Positions 20,882-30,891 of a stretch of 61,356 nt of DNA are shown piece after piece (position 1 is the first letter of the stretch; each line of letters starts with the position of its first letter). The stretch spans positions 1-61,356 of the forward strand of contig CALXND010000002.1 in NCBI GenBank assembly GCA_944389655.1. The letters are read 5' to 3'. Both the position numbers and the translations under genes were made by a program. The notes beneath the pieces are model-generated. The model was not told the origin of the DNA. It saw only the letters and a program-made list of their open reading frames with translations, and did no database searches. The stretch comes from an uncultured Clostridia bacterium. GTDB lineage: Bacteria; Bacillota; Clostridia; TANB77; CAG-508.

Positions 20882-22415
20882 TTACTTCCAATACTTTCTA
20901 TCTAGGCTCCTATACTGTATTGCCTCTGCAATGTGGTTTGCTTCAATATCTTTTTTTCCATCTAAGTCTGCAATAGTCCTTGCAACTTTTAAGATTCGTC
21001 CATATCCTCTCGCACTAAGTCCTAGTCTTTCAAATGCATTTTGTACTATCTCTTTTGATTTATTGTCTATTTTACAATAAATATTGCTTAAGGCTGGAGT
21101 TAATTCTGAATTTGAAAAAATACCATATTTTTTATATCTTTCGCGCTGTATTCTTCTTGCTTTATTTACTCTTTTCTTTATGCTTTCTGAATTTTCAGTC
21201 TTTTCATTACTTTCTAATTTTTGATACTTTACAGGTGTAACTTCTACTTGAATATCTATTCTATCTAATAACGGTCCACTAATTCTTCCCATATATTTAG
21301 ATATTGCTTGCGGAGTACATGTACATTCTTTATCTTTTGAACCATAAAATCCACATGGGCACGGGTTCATTGAGGCCACAAACATAAAGTTGCATGGGTA
21401 TGTTAAACTTGCATTTACTCTACTTATTGTAACTTCTCTATCTTCTAATGGTCCTCTTAAAACTTCTAATGTATTTTTATTAAATTCTGGTAGTTCATCT
21501 AAGAATAAAACACCATAGTGAGCCAAACTGATTTCTCCTGGTTTTGGAAATTTACCTCCACCTACTAAAGAATTAATAGTAATTGTATGGTGTGGAGACC
21601 TAAATGGTCTTTCCAATAAAATAGGTGTATCTTTTGACAGTAATCCCGCTATACTATGGATTTTTGTTATTTCTAATGATTCCTCAAATGTTAAATCTGG
21701 TAAAATAGATGGTATACGCCTTGCCATCATTGTTTTTCCTGAGCCTGGTGTTCCTACCATTAGTAAATTATGTCCACCGAGCTGCTGCTATTTCTAATGC
21801 TCTTTTTACATTTTCTTGTCCTTTGACTTCTGCAAAGTCAAATGCATATTTACTTTTTTTATTATATATTTCTTGTATATTTATTTCTGATTGTTCAATA
21901 TTAATCTCTTTGTTTAAATATTCTACAACTTCCCTTAAATTAGTAGCTCCAATAACTTTTATTCCAGATACAATTGCAGCCTCTTTTGCATTTTCTTCAG
22001 GCAAAATAATTCTCCTTATGCCGAGTTTTTTTGCTTCTATACACATTGGTAAAATTCCATTTATTTTATTTATCTTTCCATTTAAGGACAATTCTCCTAT
22101 AAAAACTGTATCATTCAAATTTTGCCATTTTATTTCTTGAAAGTCTAGCAAAATTCCTACAGCTATTGGAAGATCAAAGAAAGAGCCTTCCTTTCTCATA
22201 TCTGCTGGTGCAAGATTTATTACAATTCTTCTACTTTGATATTCAAAGCCTGAATTTTTTATTGCTGTTCTTACCCTTTCTTTTGATTCCCTTACGGTAG
22301 TATCTGGTAAGCCTACTACATCTAAATTTGGCATACCCGCTGAGACATCAACTTGAACATCAACAAGAAATCCGTCTAAGCCCTGCAAGGACATACTTTT
22401 TACTATAGATAACAT
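20882..22415 (-). pseudogene. comM: ComM/YifB Mg-chelatase-like AAA+ protein split by a 1-nt insertion at 21779
   Basis: ORFs 21768-22505 (Lon-like N-domain, ends ...ALEIAAARWT*) and 20882-21760 ([15 protein letters not shown]...). A +1 shift at GCT-C-GGT restores [23 protein letters not shown] across the junction. Likely start is the ATG at 22415 (AAGAGG RBS). Confidence 0.88.
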
Positions 22416-22511
22416 ATTTTTAACCTCTTTTGGATATTTCGATTTTGAACAAAATCTAATAGAATTAATATGGAATATATTACCATCTTTTACATTTTTT
22501 GTCAATATGTT

Positions 22512-22865
22512 TTATATAATTTGCTTTATGTGATTTATTTTATAAAATTTATTTTGAAAGTACACCTCAATTACATCAAGTCTTATGAATTCATTTTCTA
22601 ATTTTTTGGAATATAAATAATATTTTACTGCACTAATTAGGTGCTTTTGTTTAACTTGATTTACTGCATCTATTGGTTTGCCATATAAATTATTTGTTCT
22701 AGTTTTAACTTCTATAAAAACTAGTTCTTTTTTATCTTGTGCAACTATGTCTATCTCTCCTTGTTTCGCCACAAAGTTCCTTTCAATTATTTTATATCCT
22801 TTATTTTTTAGATATTCTGTTGCTAAGTCTTCCCCTAATTTTCCTATTTCGTGTTTTAAATACAT
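22512..22865 (-). CDS. yraN: YraN-family (UPF0102) endonuclease-like protein
   Basis: GEDLATEYLKNKGYKIIERNF....GEIDIVAQDKKELVFIEVKTR signature. Conserved position next to comM. Confidence 0.85.
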   Translation of the reverse strand: MYLKHEIGKLGEDLATEYLKNKGYKIIERNFVAKQGEIDIVAQDKKELVFIEVKTRTNNLYGKPIDAVNQVKQKHLISAVKYYLYSKKLENEFIRLDVIEVYFQNKFYKINHIKQII

Positions 22866-23002
22866 ATTTTAATTCTTTCTATTTTACACTCCTTTCTTGG
22901 TTTTTCATTATATGTTTCATTAAGAAATATTATTAATTTTAATAGATTTTCCATTTTATGTCAATATTATTAACTGCCATTGAGGAACAGTCCCCAACGG
23001 CA

Positions 23003-25036
23003 TTACTTTTTTTCAAATTCTATTGTTACCTTAAATAAGTCTCCATCTAAATATATATTAAATTTGCCTTGTTGCAAATCTGTTAAGCTACTTGCTATTG
23101 ATAAACCAAGTCCGCTTCCTTCTGTATTTCTTGATGCGTCTCCTCTTACAAATCTTTGCATTAGCTCATCTACACTTATATTTAATTTTTGTTTTGATAC
23201 ATTTTTTAGTTGAATCATTATAGATAAGTCATTTTCTATAATATCTGTATATACTCTGGTTCCTTCTAAGGCATATTTGGATATATTTGAATACATGTTT
23301 TCTAGTACTCTATACATATATCTACTGTCTGCATTTATATATACATCATGTTCTGGTAATGTTATTATCTCTTCTAGCTTATGTGCTTTAAATTTGTCTT
23401 CAAACTCTCCTGATACTTGTTTTATTAATTCATTTACATTTAGTTTTTCAATATTTAGTTTTATTGCTCCCGATGATGCTTTTGATGCTTCTACTAAATC
23501 CTCTGTCAGTTTTTTTAGCCTTTGTGACTTACTGTCCAAAATGTTTAGGTATTCTTCTGCCTTTATGCTATCTATTCCTTCTTTTTTTAGTAAGTCTATA
23601 TAATTTATAATTGATGTTAATGGGGTTTTTATGTCATGTGATACATTTGTTATAAGTTCTGTTTTTAGCCTTTCACTTTTTAATCTTTCCTCTATAGCAT
23701 TTGATAGTCCTCCTGCTATATCATTTATTTCTTTTGATGTTCCTTTCATCTCAGTTGTAAAATCTTCTTCTTTTAGATTTAGTTCCGTATTTCCTTTATA
23801 TAAATCGTTTATTGCGCTTTTTATTTTTACAAATGATTTTACCCTTTTTGAGATGTAACTATATGTTACGATATATAGGATTATTGATAATACTATGCCA
23901 GGGAAACCATCTGACCACATAATTCCAAAGCAAATTAAATTTGCTACTATAAATAATATAAAATATAATATTAATTTCTTAGTTATTTTCATGTCGTCTA
24001 AAAATTTTTTTAGCCTTACATATACCCAATATGCAAATGTTGTTTTTAAGAATGTATGTGTTTTTAGTCTTTTTACTATTGTTTCAAAAAAGAGTATACA
24101 GCTTAAATAAATTATTAATATGCCTACACCCATCACAGACATCCCTAATACAAATGTTGCAACTGTATTTGCACCACTTATAGTTGCCATAAAGCATACT
24201 CCTATACCTGCTATAAATATGGCTATAAATAAAGCAATTTCGACTAAAATTTTATCATACCAGTTAAGTTTTATTTCTTCACTTTTTGCGCTTTTACCAA
24301 CGCCTACAACAATTATTGGTACTAATATAATTATTAGGATTATTAAGATTGGTATTAGTACTAGAGATTGCCTAGAAACTGAAGAAAATGTATCATATAA
24401 GATTTTGTTAAATGCAATTTCATCCGCATATTCTAAATTGTCTAATACTGCTGTGTATATAGTGTAATTCTGTATATTATTGTTTTGCTCATTACTTTCT
24501 TTTTCACTACTCTCTATTCTTTTAACTATTCCTTTTTTTATATATTCTGAATTAGATAATTTATTAATATTAGTACTTATTTCTTCATTTTCGTAATTCC
24601 AAGTGATTCCGTTTTGCATAATTGTATTTTTTATGCTTTCTATATTACTTGTTTGTATTGAATAATCTAAGTTTGTATATGCTTTTTTTGTGTTGTTATC
24701 AATTATTAACCATTTTACATTACTTCCATTGTATTCGTAATAATAGTTTATTTCTGTAGCAATAGCATTATTATCTAATTGCTCTGTATCTACATAATAA
24801 TAACTATAAATATTGGTTGTTTTATCATCTTTCAGATAATTTACTGCATCTACTGCATTAAATATTTCGTATGCATATTCTTCTGCAAATCGGTTAGTTT
24901 CAAAGTAGCTTTGATTATTTTTTTCTATTGGGTATGTTAAACCAATTATTAAGATGCATAGAATTGTTATAAATATAGGAAATAATACATATGATACATT
25001 TTTAAGTACTCTTGGAACACATATTTTCTTTTTCAT
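23003..25036 (-). CDS. Sensor histidine kinase (large extracytoplasmic N-domain, multi-TM, HAMP-like, HisKA, HATPase_c)
   Basis: H-box ELITNVSHDIKTPLTSI, N-box RVLENMYSNISKYA, G-box GSGLGLSIA. Confidence 0.9.
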   Translation of the reverse strand: MKKKICVPRVLKNVSYVLFPIFITILCILIIGLTYPIEKNNQSYFETNRFAEEYAYEIFNAVDAVNYLKDDKTTNIYSYYYVDTEQLDNNAIATEINYYYEYNGSNVKWLIIDNNTKKAYTNLDYSIQTSNIESIKNTIMQNGITWNYENEEISTNINKLSNSEYIKKGIVKRIESSEKESNEQNNNIQNYTIYTAVLDNLEYADEIAFNKILYDTFSSVSRQSLVLIPILIILIIILVPIIVVGVGKSAKSEEIKLNWYDKILVEIALFIAIFIAGIGVCFMATISGANTVATFVLGMSVMGVGILIIYLSCILFFETIVKRLKTHTFLKTTFAYWVYVRLKKFLDDMKITKKLILYFILFIVANLICFGIMWSDGFPGIVLSIILYIVTYSYISKRVKSFVKIKSAINDLYKGNTELNLKEEDFTTEMKGTSKEINDIAGGLSNAIEERLKSERLKTELITNVSHDIKTPLTSIINYIDLLKKEGIDSIKAEEYLNILDSKSQRLKKLTEDLVEASKASSGAIKLNIEKLNVNELIKQVSGEFEDKFKAHKLEEIITLPEHDVYINADSRYMYRVLENMYSNISKYALEGTRVYTDIIENDLSIMIQLKNVSKQKLNISVDELMQRFVRGDASRNTEGSGLGLSIASSLTDLQQGKFNIYLDGDLFKVTIEFEKK

Positions 25037-25076
25037 CTAATGTGTCATCTCCTTTAACTATTTAGTTTAAATTCCT

Positions 25077-25781
25077 TTAGTCTAGATTTTCTATTTTATA
25101 TCCTATCCCCCAAATAACTTTTAGGTATTTAGGTTCTCTAGGGTTTATTTCTATTTTTTCTCTTATGTGCCTAATATGTACAGCTATAATGTTTTCTGCA
25201 CCATAACTTTCTTCCTCCCAAACGTTTTCATATATTTGTTCTATTGAGTATACTATTCCTTTATTTTTTGTTAGAAATTTTAAAATATTATATTCTGTTG
25301 GAGTCAGCTTTACTTCCTTTCCATCTACTTCTACTGTTTTTGTTGAATCATTTATAACAAGGTCTCCTGATCTAAAAATATTATCATTTTTTTCTTTTTT
25401 TACCATTGAGCCTAAACTTGTATATCTTCGTATTTGTGAATTTACTCTTGCTATTAATTCTAATGGATTAAATGGTTTTGTTACATAGTCATCTGCCCCA
25501 TTGTTGAGGCCAGATATTTTATCGTAGTCTTCTGATTTAGCCGAAAGCATTATTATTGGAATTGATTTTTCTTTTCGTATTATACTTGCTGTTTCTATTC
25601 CGTCTAATTTGGGCATCATTATATCCAATATTATTAGTTGTATATCATCATTATTTTTTAAAATTTCTAGTGCTTCCATTCCATCGTATGCTTTTAAAAT
25701 GTTATATCCTTCTTTGCTTAAATATATTTCGATTGCTTTTACTATTTCCTTATCATCATCACATACTAGTATGTTGTACAT
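25077..25781 (-). CDS. OmpR/PhoB-family response regulator
   Basis: Receiver domain (ILVCDDD...LDIMMPKLDG) plus a winged-helix C-terminus (LTPTEYNILKFL...IWGIGYK). Confidence 0.93.
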   Translation of the reverse strand: MYNILVCDDDKEIVKAIEIYLSKEGYNILKAYDGMEALEILKNNDDIQLIILDIMMPKLDGIETASIIRKEKSIPIIMLSAKSEDYDKISGLNNGADDYVTKPFNPLELIARVNSQIRRYTSLGSMVKKEKNDNIFRSGDLVINDSTKTVEVDGKEVKLTPTEYNILKFLTKNKGIVYSIEQIYENVWEEESYGAENIIAVHIRHIREKIEINPREPKYLKVIWGIGYKIENLD

Positions 25782-25921
25782 AATTAACCTCCATTTTAAG
25801 CATATTAGCTCTATTAAAAATATTATTTTTTATTGTTATTTTTATATTATATCATATTTTTTAATTATTTTTAGTTAAAGTTTTATTATTTTATTTAACT
25901 TGAAATTTAGTATATCATAAT

Positions 25922-25970
25922 TTTATTAAGAAAAAAGTGTAAATTTATTAAGTATTTATTAATCTATAAT
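25922..25970 (+). promoter_or_regulatory. Phased TTTATTAA(G/T) direct repeats abutting a TATAAT box (possible response-regulator site and promoter of the repeat-protein gene)
   Basis: tttattaag at 25922-25930 and 25944-25952, tttattaat at 25955-25963 (22- and 11-bp phasing). TATAAT at 25965-25970. The AT-rich background makes chance occurrence plausible. Confidence 0.3.
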
Positions 25971-26114
25971 GAGGTTTATATTTGGTGTTGATACATTGTA
26001 TACATGGGTTTTATTCTGAGTCTCTTTCCGTTTTTTCTCGTAAATTTTTTCTTGTAATTTATTTAATAATATGTTATACTTTTACTAGATTAATTTGGAA
26101 AGGAGATGAATAAT

Positions 26115-26675
26115 ATGGAGCAAGAGACTTTAACATTAATTTTAACTAAATTAAATCAGATGGATAATAAAATAGACATCAAATTTGAGAGTTTAAATAC
26201 TAAGATTGATACGGTTAATAAGACTCTAAATGATAAGATTGATACAGTTTTTAATGTTCTTAATGCAAAAATCGATGATGTTAACGAATCTCTTAATAAG
26301 AAAATCGATGATGTCAACGAATCTCTTAATAAGAAAATCGATGATGTCAACGAATCTCTTAATAAGAAAATAGACGACGTTAACGAATCTCTTAATAAGA
26401 AAATAGACGACGTTAACGAATCTCTTAATAAGAAAATAGACGACGTTAACGAATCTCTTAATAAGAAAATAGACGACGTTAACGAATTTCTTAATAAGAA
26501 AATAGATGACGCAGTTGTATCTTTAACAGAGCGTATGGATTATAGAATAGACGATGCATCCGATACATTAAATGACTTAATTAAAATGTCTCATAAAGAC
26601 TTATCTTCATCAATTAAAACTCTTCAAAGTTATCATCAAACTGGTTATTCTGTTTTGAATGAAGACGATGTCTAA
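26115..26675 (+). CDS. Hendecad (11-residue) tandem-repeat coiled-coil protein, function unknown
   Basis: xLNxKIDxVNx units throughout, with 7 near-identical ESLNKKIDDVN copies. The ATG at 26115 sits 9 nt after AAAGGAG; the track start 26106 abuts the RBS. Confidence 0.7.
   Translation: MEQETLTLILTKLNQMDNKIDIKFESLNTKIDTVNKTLNDKIDTVFNVLNAKIDDVNESLNKKIDDVNESLNKKIDDVNESLNKKIDDVNESLNKKIDDVNESLNKKIDDVNESLNKKIDDVNEFLNKKIDDAVVSLTERMDYRIDDASDTLNDLIKMSHKDLSSSIKTLQSYHQTGYSVLNEDDV
26271..26510 (+). repeat. 33-bp in-frame tandem repeat, about 7.3 copies, two sequence subtypes
   Basis: Units atcgatgatgt(t/c)aacgaatctcttaataagaaa (x3, from 26271), then atagacgacgttaacgaatctcttaataagaaa (x3), then one copy with gaatttctt (26469-26501), then a decayed copy. 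Confidence 0.92.
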
Positions 26676-26694
26676 TAATATTTCCAAAGGAATC

Positions 26695-26764
26695 TAGAAG
26701 TGGCTTAAACATATAATTAGTAAAATAATTACATATTTAAGCCACTTCTATTATACTATTTTTT
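26695..26764 (+). terminator. Stem-loop terminator after the repeat-protein gene
   Basis: tagaagtggcttaaa (26695-26709) / tttaagccacttcta (26736-26750), with a T-run at 26758-26764. Confidence 0.45.
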
Positions 26765-26831
26765 AAAAGTACATGTTTATAATTCAAATGCTTTTTTCAT
26801 TCTAAAACTTTTAGCTTTATAAACTCATTTT

Positions 26832-27962
26832 TTATTCTTTAATCATTCTATTTTTATATTCTATATAATCACTTATTAGCAATTTTATAATTGCTATAAC
26901 AGGTACTGAAAGAAACATTCCCCAAAATCCAAAATATGCTCCTCCTACAGCAACTGCAAAAATAACTAATAATGGGCTTATTTTTAACGAGTTTCCTAAT
27001 ATTTTAGGGTTGATAATATTCGCATCTATCTGTTGCAATATCGTTACCAGTAACACCATTATGACAGCTTGCCATAGTCCTCCTGTTAGTAATGTTATTA
27101 ATGCTGCAATAATTACAGCAATAATCGCTCCAAAATATGGGATTAAATTAAATATTCCTATCATAACTCCTAGCAAAACAGCATATTTCACACCTATTAT
27201 TGACATAGCAATAGATGTTATTATTCCTATTATTACACCGTCGAGTAATTGTCCTGCTAAGAAATTAAAAAATATATTATTGCTTCTATCGAAATATTTT
27301 CCGATATTCTGATATGTATTTTGTTTAAAAATAGCTCTTCCTAATTTTTTTATAAATTCCATTATTTCTCTTCTTTGCAATAGCAAATAAATTGACACTA
27401 TAATTGCTACAAAAAAATCTATTATCTTTCCAGCTACATTTATTACACCTTTTGCATACTCTGCAAGTTTCTCCATATTTATATATTGCTTTAAATCTAT
27501 ACTTTTAAAATTATTTACTAAATCTATAACTATGTCACTTTTAAATATAGAGTCATCTGGCATATTATTAATATTATTCATAAAAGAATTATAATAATTC
27601 TGTATATTACTAACTAAATCAATAATACTATTGGCTAAAATCGGTAATAAAAAATTTATGCCAATAATTATTAAAATTAAAGCTATTGCATAAACTGTAA
27701 AAATAGATAATCCTCTTGCTCTATTTTTTAAAAGTTTTATTTTTTTATTTTTCCTAAAGCAACTCTCTATCTTTCTACACGGTATATACAAAAGATATGC
27801 TATAACAAGCCCAACTATAAAAGGCATTAATACATCAAATAAATTTTTTAGCCAATTACCAATAGCCGAAAAATTATCTAAAGTTTTATAAACAATTATT
27901 ATTGCCACTGCAAATAAAAACCAATATAACCATTTAGTTATTTTTCTCTTATTATTTTCCAC
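26832..27962 (-). CDS. AI-2E family transporter (PerM/YtvI-like permease)
   Basis: Multi-TM protein with the family-typical C-terminal IPYFGAIIAV...LGNSLKISPLLVIFA...GMFLSVP blocks. GTG start as called by the track; start uncertain. Confidence 0.82.
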   Translation of the reverse strand: MENNKRKITKWLYWFLFAVAIIIVYKTLDNFSAIGNWLKNLFDVLMPFIVGLVIAYLLYIPCRKIESCFRKNKKIKLLKNRARGLSIFTVYAIALILIIIGINFLLPILANSIIDLVSNIQNYYNSFMNNINNMPDDSIFKSDIVIDLVNNFKSIDLKQYINMEKLAEYAKGVINVAGKIIDFFVAIIVSIYLLLQRREIMEFIKKLGRAIFKQNTYQNIGKYFDRSNNIFFNFLAGQLLDGVIIGIITSIAMSIIGVKYAVLLGVMIGIFNLIPYFGAIIAVIIAALITLLTGGLWQAVIMVLLVTILQQIDANIINPKILGNSLKISPLLVIFAVAVGGAYFGFWGMFLSVPVIAIIKLLISDYIEYKNRMIKE

Positions 27963-28082
27963 TAAGCATCTTTAAAGGGGTTCTCCCTCCTCCTTTTAAT
28001 TTTCATAATTTCGTTATGTAATCTTGTTTAAAATCTATAATGCATTATTTCCGTAGCTTTTATAAAGATCTTTTCTATTTGA

Positions 28083-28850
28083 TTACATATCTATATCTAG
28101 ACCTACTGGGCAGTGGTCACTTCCTAATACTTGTGTAAAAATATAGCTCTCTTTTATTTTCTTTTCTATAGATTTAGAAACTATAAAATAATCTATTCTC
28201 CACCCCGCATTTTTTTCTCTTGCTTTAAACATATAAGACCACCAAGAATACATTTCCGTTTTGTCTGGATATAAATATCTAAAAGTATCTGTAAAACCAG
28301 CATCTAAGAGTTCTGTCATTTTATTTCTTTCCTCATCTGTAAAACCAGCATTGTACCTATTAGTTTTTGGATTTTTTAAATCAATTTCATTATGAGCAAC
28401 ATTTAAATCTCCACACATTACTACTGGTTTAGTTTTATTCAATTTTATTAAATACTTTCTAAATTCATCCTCCCAAACCATTCTATAATCTAGTCTTTCT
28501 AACTCTCTTTTTGAATTTGGTGTATAACAATTAACAAGATAAAATTTTTCAAATTCTAGTGTTATAACCCTACCTTCTTTGTCATGTTCACCTATACCTA
28601 TTCCATAAAATACATTCAATGGTTGCTTTTTAGAAAAAACAGCTGTTCCTGAATATCCTTTTTTCTCTGCACTATTCCAATAACAATTATATTGTGAAAA
28701 TATTTTTTTAATATTGTCATCGACTTGATTTTCTTGCATTTTTGTTTCTTGAATACAAAAAATATCTGCATCAATTTCCTTAAAAAATTCTTCAAATCCT
28801 TTTGTAATAACTGCTCTTAGTCCATTTACATTCCACGAAATTAATTTCAT
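28083..28850 (-). CDS. xth: Exodeoxyribonuclease III
   Basis: [13 protein letters not shown]...IFCIQETK...[12 protein letters not shown]...SDHCPV, canonical EEP/ExoIII motifs. Confidence 0.94.
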   Translation of the reverse strand: MKLISWNVNGLRAVITKGFEEFFKEIDADIFCIQETKMQENQVDDNIKKIFSQYNCYWNSAEKKGYSGTAVFSKKQPLNVFYGIGIGEHDKEGRVITLEFEKFYLVNCYTPNSKRELERLDYRMVWEDEFRKYLIKLNKTKPVVMCGDLNVAHNEIDLKNPKTNRYNAGFTDEERNKMTELLDAGFTDTFRYLYPDKTEMYSWWSYMFKAREKNAGWRIDYFIVSKSIEKKIKESYIFTQVLGSDHCPVGLDIDM

Positions 28851-28866
28851 TTTTTCCTCCTACTAA

Positions 28867-28979
28867 TGCGCAATTGGGGACGGGCTTATTTTGCGCAAAT
28901 TCAACTTGATTTTTAAATGTAAATTTATATATTGAAAAAAACAATATTTGCGCAAAATAAGCCCGTCCCCAATTGCGCA
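28867..28979. repeat. Perfect 33-bp inverted repeat (short member of the TGCGCAATTGGGG palindrome family)
   Basis: tgcgcaattggggacgggcttattttgcgcaaa (28867-28899) is the exact reverse complement of 28947-28979. The 47-nt centre contains gtaaatttatatatt, shared with the 230-bp elements. Confidence 0.9.
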
Positions 28980-29016
28980 TTTTTAAAGGGAGGTGGCTAT
29001 CCATCTCCCTTAATCT

Positions 29017-30021
29017 CTATAATGAATTAAAATATACGTTTCCACCTATTACTTCTCCCGAATGGTAACCTGCTGCTCTAAATGATAAGTAATTGTGATT
29101 TCTTTTTCCATTTAAAGCATCTAAAACTGCTTGTTTAACATGTGATGGATAGTTTCCATTTAATCTTTTTCTCCAGTGACTATCAATTGAATAGCAAAAT
29201 TGGTTTGGTGCCATATATTGACTTAATGGATCTGTTCCATACTTTCTCCAACTGCTACTTTTAGTTCTATTACATGCTGTTGTTATTACTGCTAGTGCTC
29301 CAGAATAACTTGAGCTACATTCTTGTGCAGTTATTGCACATAATAAATCTATATCACTTGCAGAATATGACCATTTGCCACCACTATATGTTGTTCTAGA
29401 TGTACCTCTAGTTGTAACTTGTTTTGTTCTAACTTCTATTATTTTGTCTACTGGCTCCTTTATAACCTTAGAGTCTATCTTTGTTTTTTCTATTTCTTCT
29501 CCATTTTGGTATTTTACTTTATATGTTACTTCTCTTATTCCGTTTTCACCTTTTTGTATTACTTTGTCTTGCTTTTTTCCACTTCCTGTCGTTACATCTT
29601 TTGTAATTGTTTTATATGGAATGCTTTCTTTTTCTACAACTATTTTTTCTATTATTTTAGAATAGTTGTCGTTTAATAAATCTTGTGTTGTAACATCAGT
29701 TGATTTTTCTATCTTTTCAGATACTTCAACTTCTTCGTCTTCTTTTGAAATTGTTATTGTATTATTATCTGATAGTTCTTCACTTGTGTCTGGAGTAACT
29801 TTTTCATCTTCTAATAATACTATATGATTTTCGTCTAGTATATCTTTGACACTTGTCTTTGATGTTAAAATATCCATTTCATAACCGCTAGATAAAACTA
29901 TTTTAACATTTTTTAATTTGACATTACCTGCCATTACGCCAACACTTAATAGGAATATAAGTATAATACTTATGCACACTATTTTTTTCAGCGATATAGA
30001 CGCTTTATCATTATTTTTCAT
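29017..30021 (-). CDS. Cell-wall hydrolase: signal/TM, DUF348-like, G5, SleB-type (Hydrolase_2) catalytic domain
   Basis: G5-like block (GSGKKQDKVIQKGENGIREVTYKVKYQNGEEIEK...) and a C-terminal DIDLLCAITAQEC...APNQF...LSFRA SleB/CwlJ-like domain. Confidence 0.8.
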   Translation of the reverse strand: MKNNDKASISLKKIVCISIILIFLLSVGVMAGNVKLKNVKIVLSSGYEMDILTSKTSVKDILDENHIVLLEDEKVTPDTSEELSDNNTITISKEDEEVEVSEKIEKSTDVTTQDLLNDNYSKIIEKIVVEKESIPYKTITKDVTTGSGKKQDKVIQKGENGIREVTYKVKYQNGEEIEKTKIDSKVIKEPVDKIIEVRTKQVTTRGTSRTTYSGGKWSYSASDIDLLCAITAQECSSSYSGALAVITTACNRTKSSSWRKYGTDPLSQYMAPNQFCYSIDSHWRKRLNGNYPSHVKQAVLDALNGKRNHNYLSFRAAGYHSGEVIGGNVYFNSL

Positions 30022-30057
30022 TTTTAATTTGTTCCCTCCTTTAAAAGCAACAATGTT

Positions 30058-30086
30058 ATTATACCATATTTATTCTTTTCTGTCAA
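30058..30086 (-). promoter_or_regulatory. Consensus sigma-A promoter (TTGACA-N17-TATAAT) of the cell-wall hydrolase gene
   Basis: Minus-strand TTGACA (30086-30081), exactly 17 nt, TATAAT (30063-30058). About 35 nt upstream of the RBS/ATG at 30021. Confidence 0.6.
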
Positions 30087-30315
30087 ATTTTGGTTCTTCC
30101 TTGATTCTAGCAACATTGCTGTTTTTGAAGTTTTGTTTTCCGCTTCCCTCTAAGTATAATTTTTTTTAATTTTTATATACTATATTATATGCAGCTTGTA
30201 CTAGATTTATGATTAAATTATTACAAAATTTACATATATTTTTCACAATTATTGTATAAGATATATTAATATGTTATTATATTAGTATATTTTATTAAAA
30301 AGGAGGAAACAATTT

Positions 30316-30870
30316 ATGTGGTGGATAATACTTATAATAGTTGCTGTAATTATTATTGCATTAATTGCACTATATAATAGTTTAGTAACATTAAGATTAA
30401 GAGTAAAAAATGCTTGGAGCCAAATTGATGTTCAATTACAAAGGAGATTTGATCTAATTCCAAATCTAATTGAAACTGTTAAAGGATATATGGCTCATGA
30501 ATCTGACGTTTTAACAAAAGTTACAGATTTACGTTCTTCTTGGGCAGATGCTAAAACTGTAAATGAAAAAGCTGCTTTGGATAATGAATTATCACAATCA
30601 TTAAAAACGATTATGGCTGTAGCAGAAAATTACCCAGAGTTAAAAGCAAGTCAAAATTTTTCTGAGTTACAAACTGAACTAACCAACACTGAAAATAGGA
30701 TTTCTTATTCAAGACAATTTTATAATGATACTGTAACAAGATATAATACAAAATTAGAAGTATTTCCTTCTAATATTATTGCTTCAATGTTTCGTTTTAA
30801 ACCAGAAGAATTGTTTGAAGTTGATAATGTAGAAGCCAAAAAGAATGTTAAAGTCGATTTTGGTAAATAG
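30316..30870 (+). CDS. lemA: LemA family protein
   Basis: N-terminal TM followed by [32 protein letters not shown]..., typical LemA. Paired with htpX as commonly seen. Confidence 0.9.
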   Translation: MWWIILIIVAVIIIALIALYNSLVTLRLRVKNAWSQIDVQLQRRFDLIPNLIETVKGYMAHESDVLTKVTDLRSSWADAKTVNEKAALDNELSQSLKTIMAVAENYPELKASQNFSELQTELTNTENRISYSRQFYNDTVTRYNTKLEVFPSNIIASMFRFKPEELFEVDNVEAKKNVKVDFGK

Positions 30871-30891
30871 AAATTATAGGGAATGATATTT

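Noticed and set aside
26271-26510. Considered whether the 33-bp repeats are a CRISPR array
   Set aside because: The repeats are directly contiguous with no spacers, are in frame within a well-formed ORF with RBS and terminator, and encode a regular 11-residue motif.
27963-28010. A possible fourth frameshift at the AI-2E permease start (the strong GGAGGAGGGAG lies about 22 nt from the called GTG start)
   Set aside because: The nearby ATG (27975) opens only a 5-codon frame, and I could not reconstruct a homologous N-terminal extension in another frame. This is most likely just an unusual RBS spacing or a mis-called start.
28792-29004. 70-aa minus-strand ORF overlapping the xth start
   Set aside because: It reads straight through the perfect 33-bp palindrome and the intergenic spacer and overlaps the xth N-terminus. 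It is an artefact of the repeat.
30022-30300. Looked for a c-di-AMP (ydaO-type) or other riboswitch upstream of the DUF348-G5-SleB hydrolase, a gene class often controlled that way
   Set aside because: The leader between the consensus promoter (30058-30086) and the ATG is only about 35 nt. The upstream sequence shows none of the GC-rich conserved helices I associate with that riboswitch.
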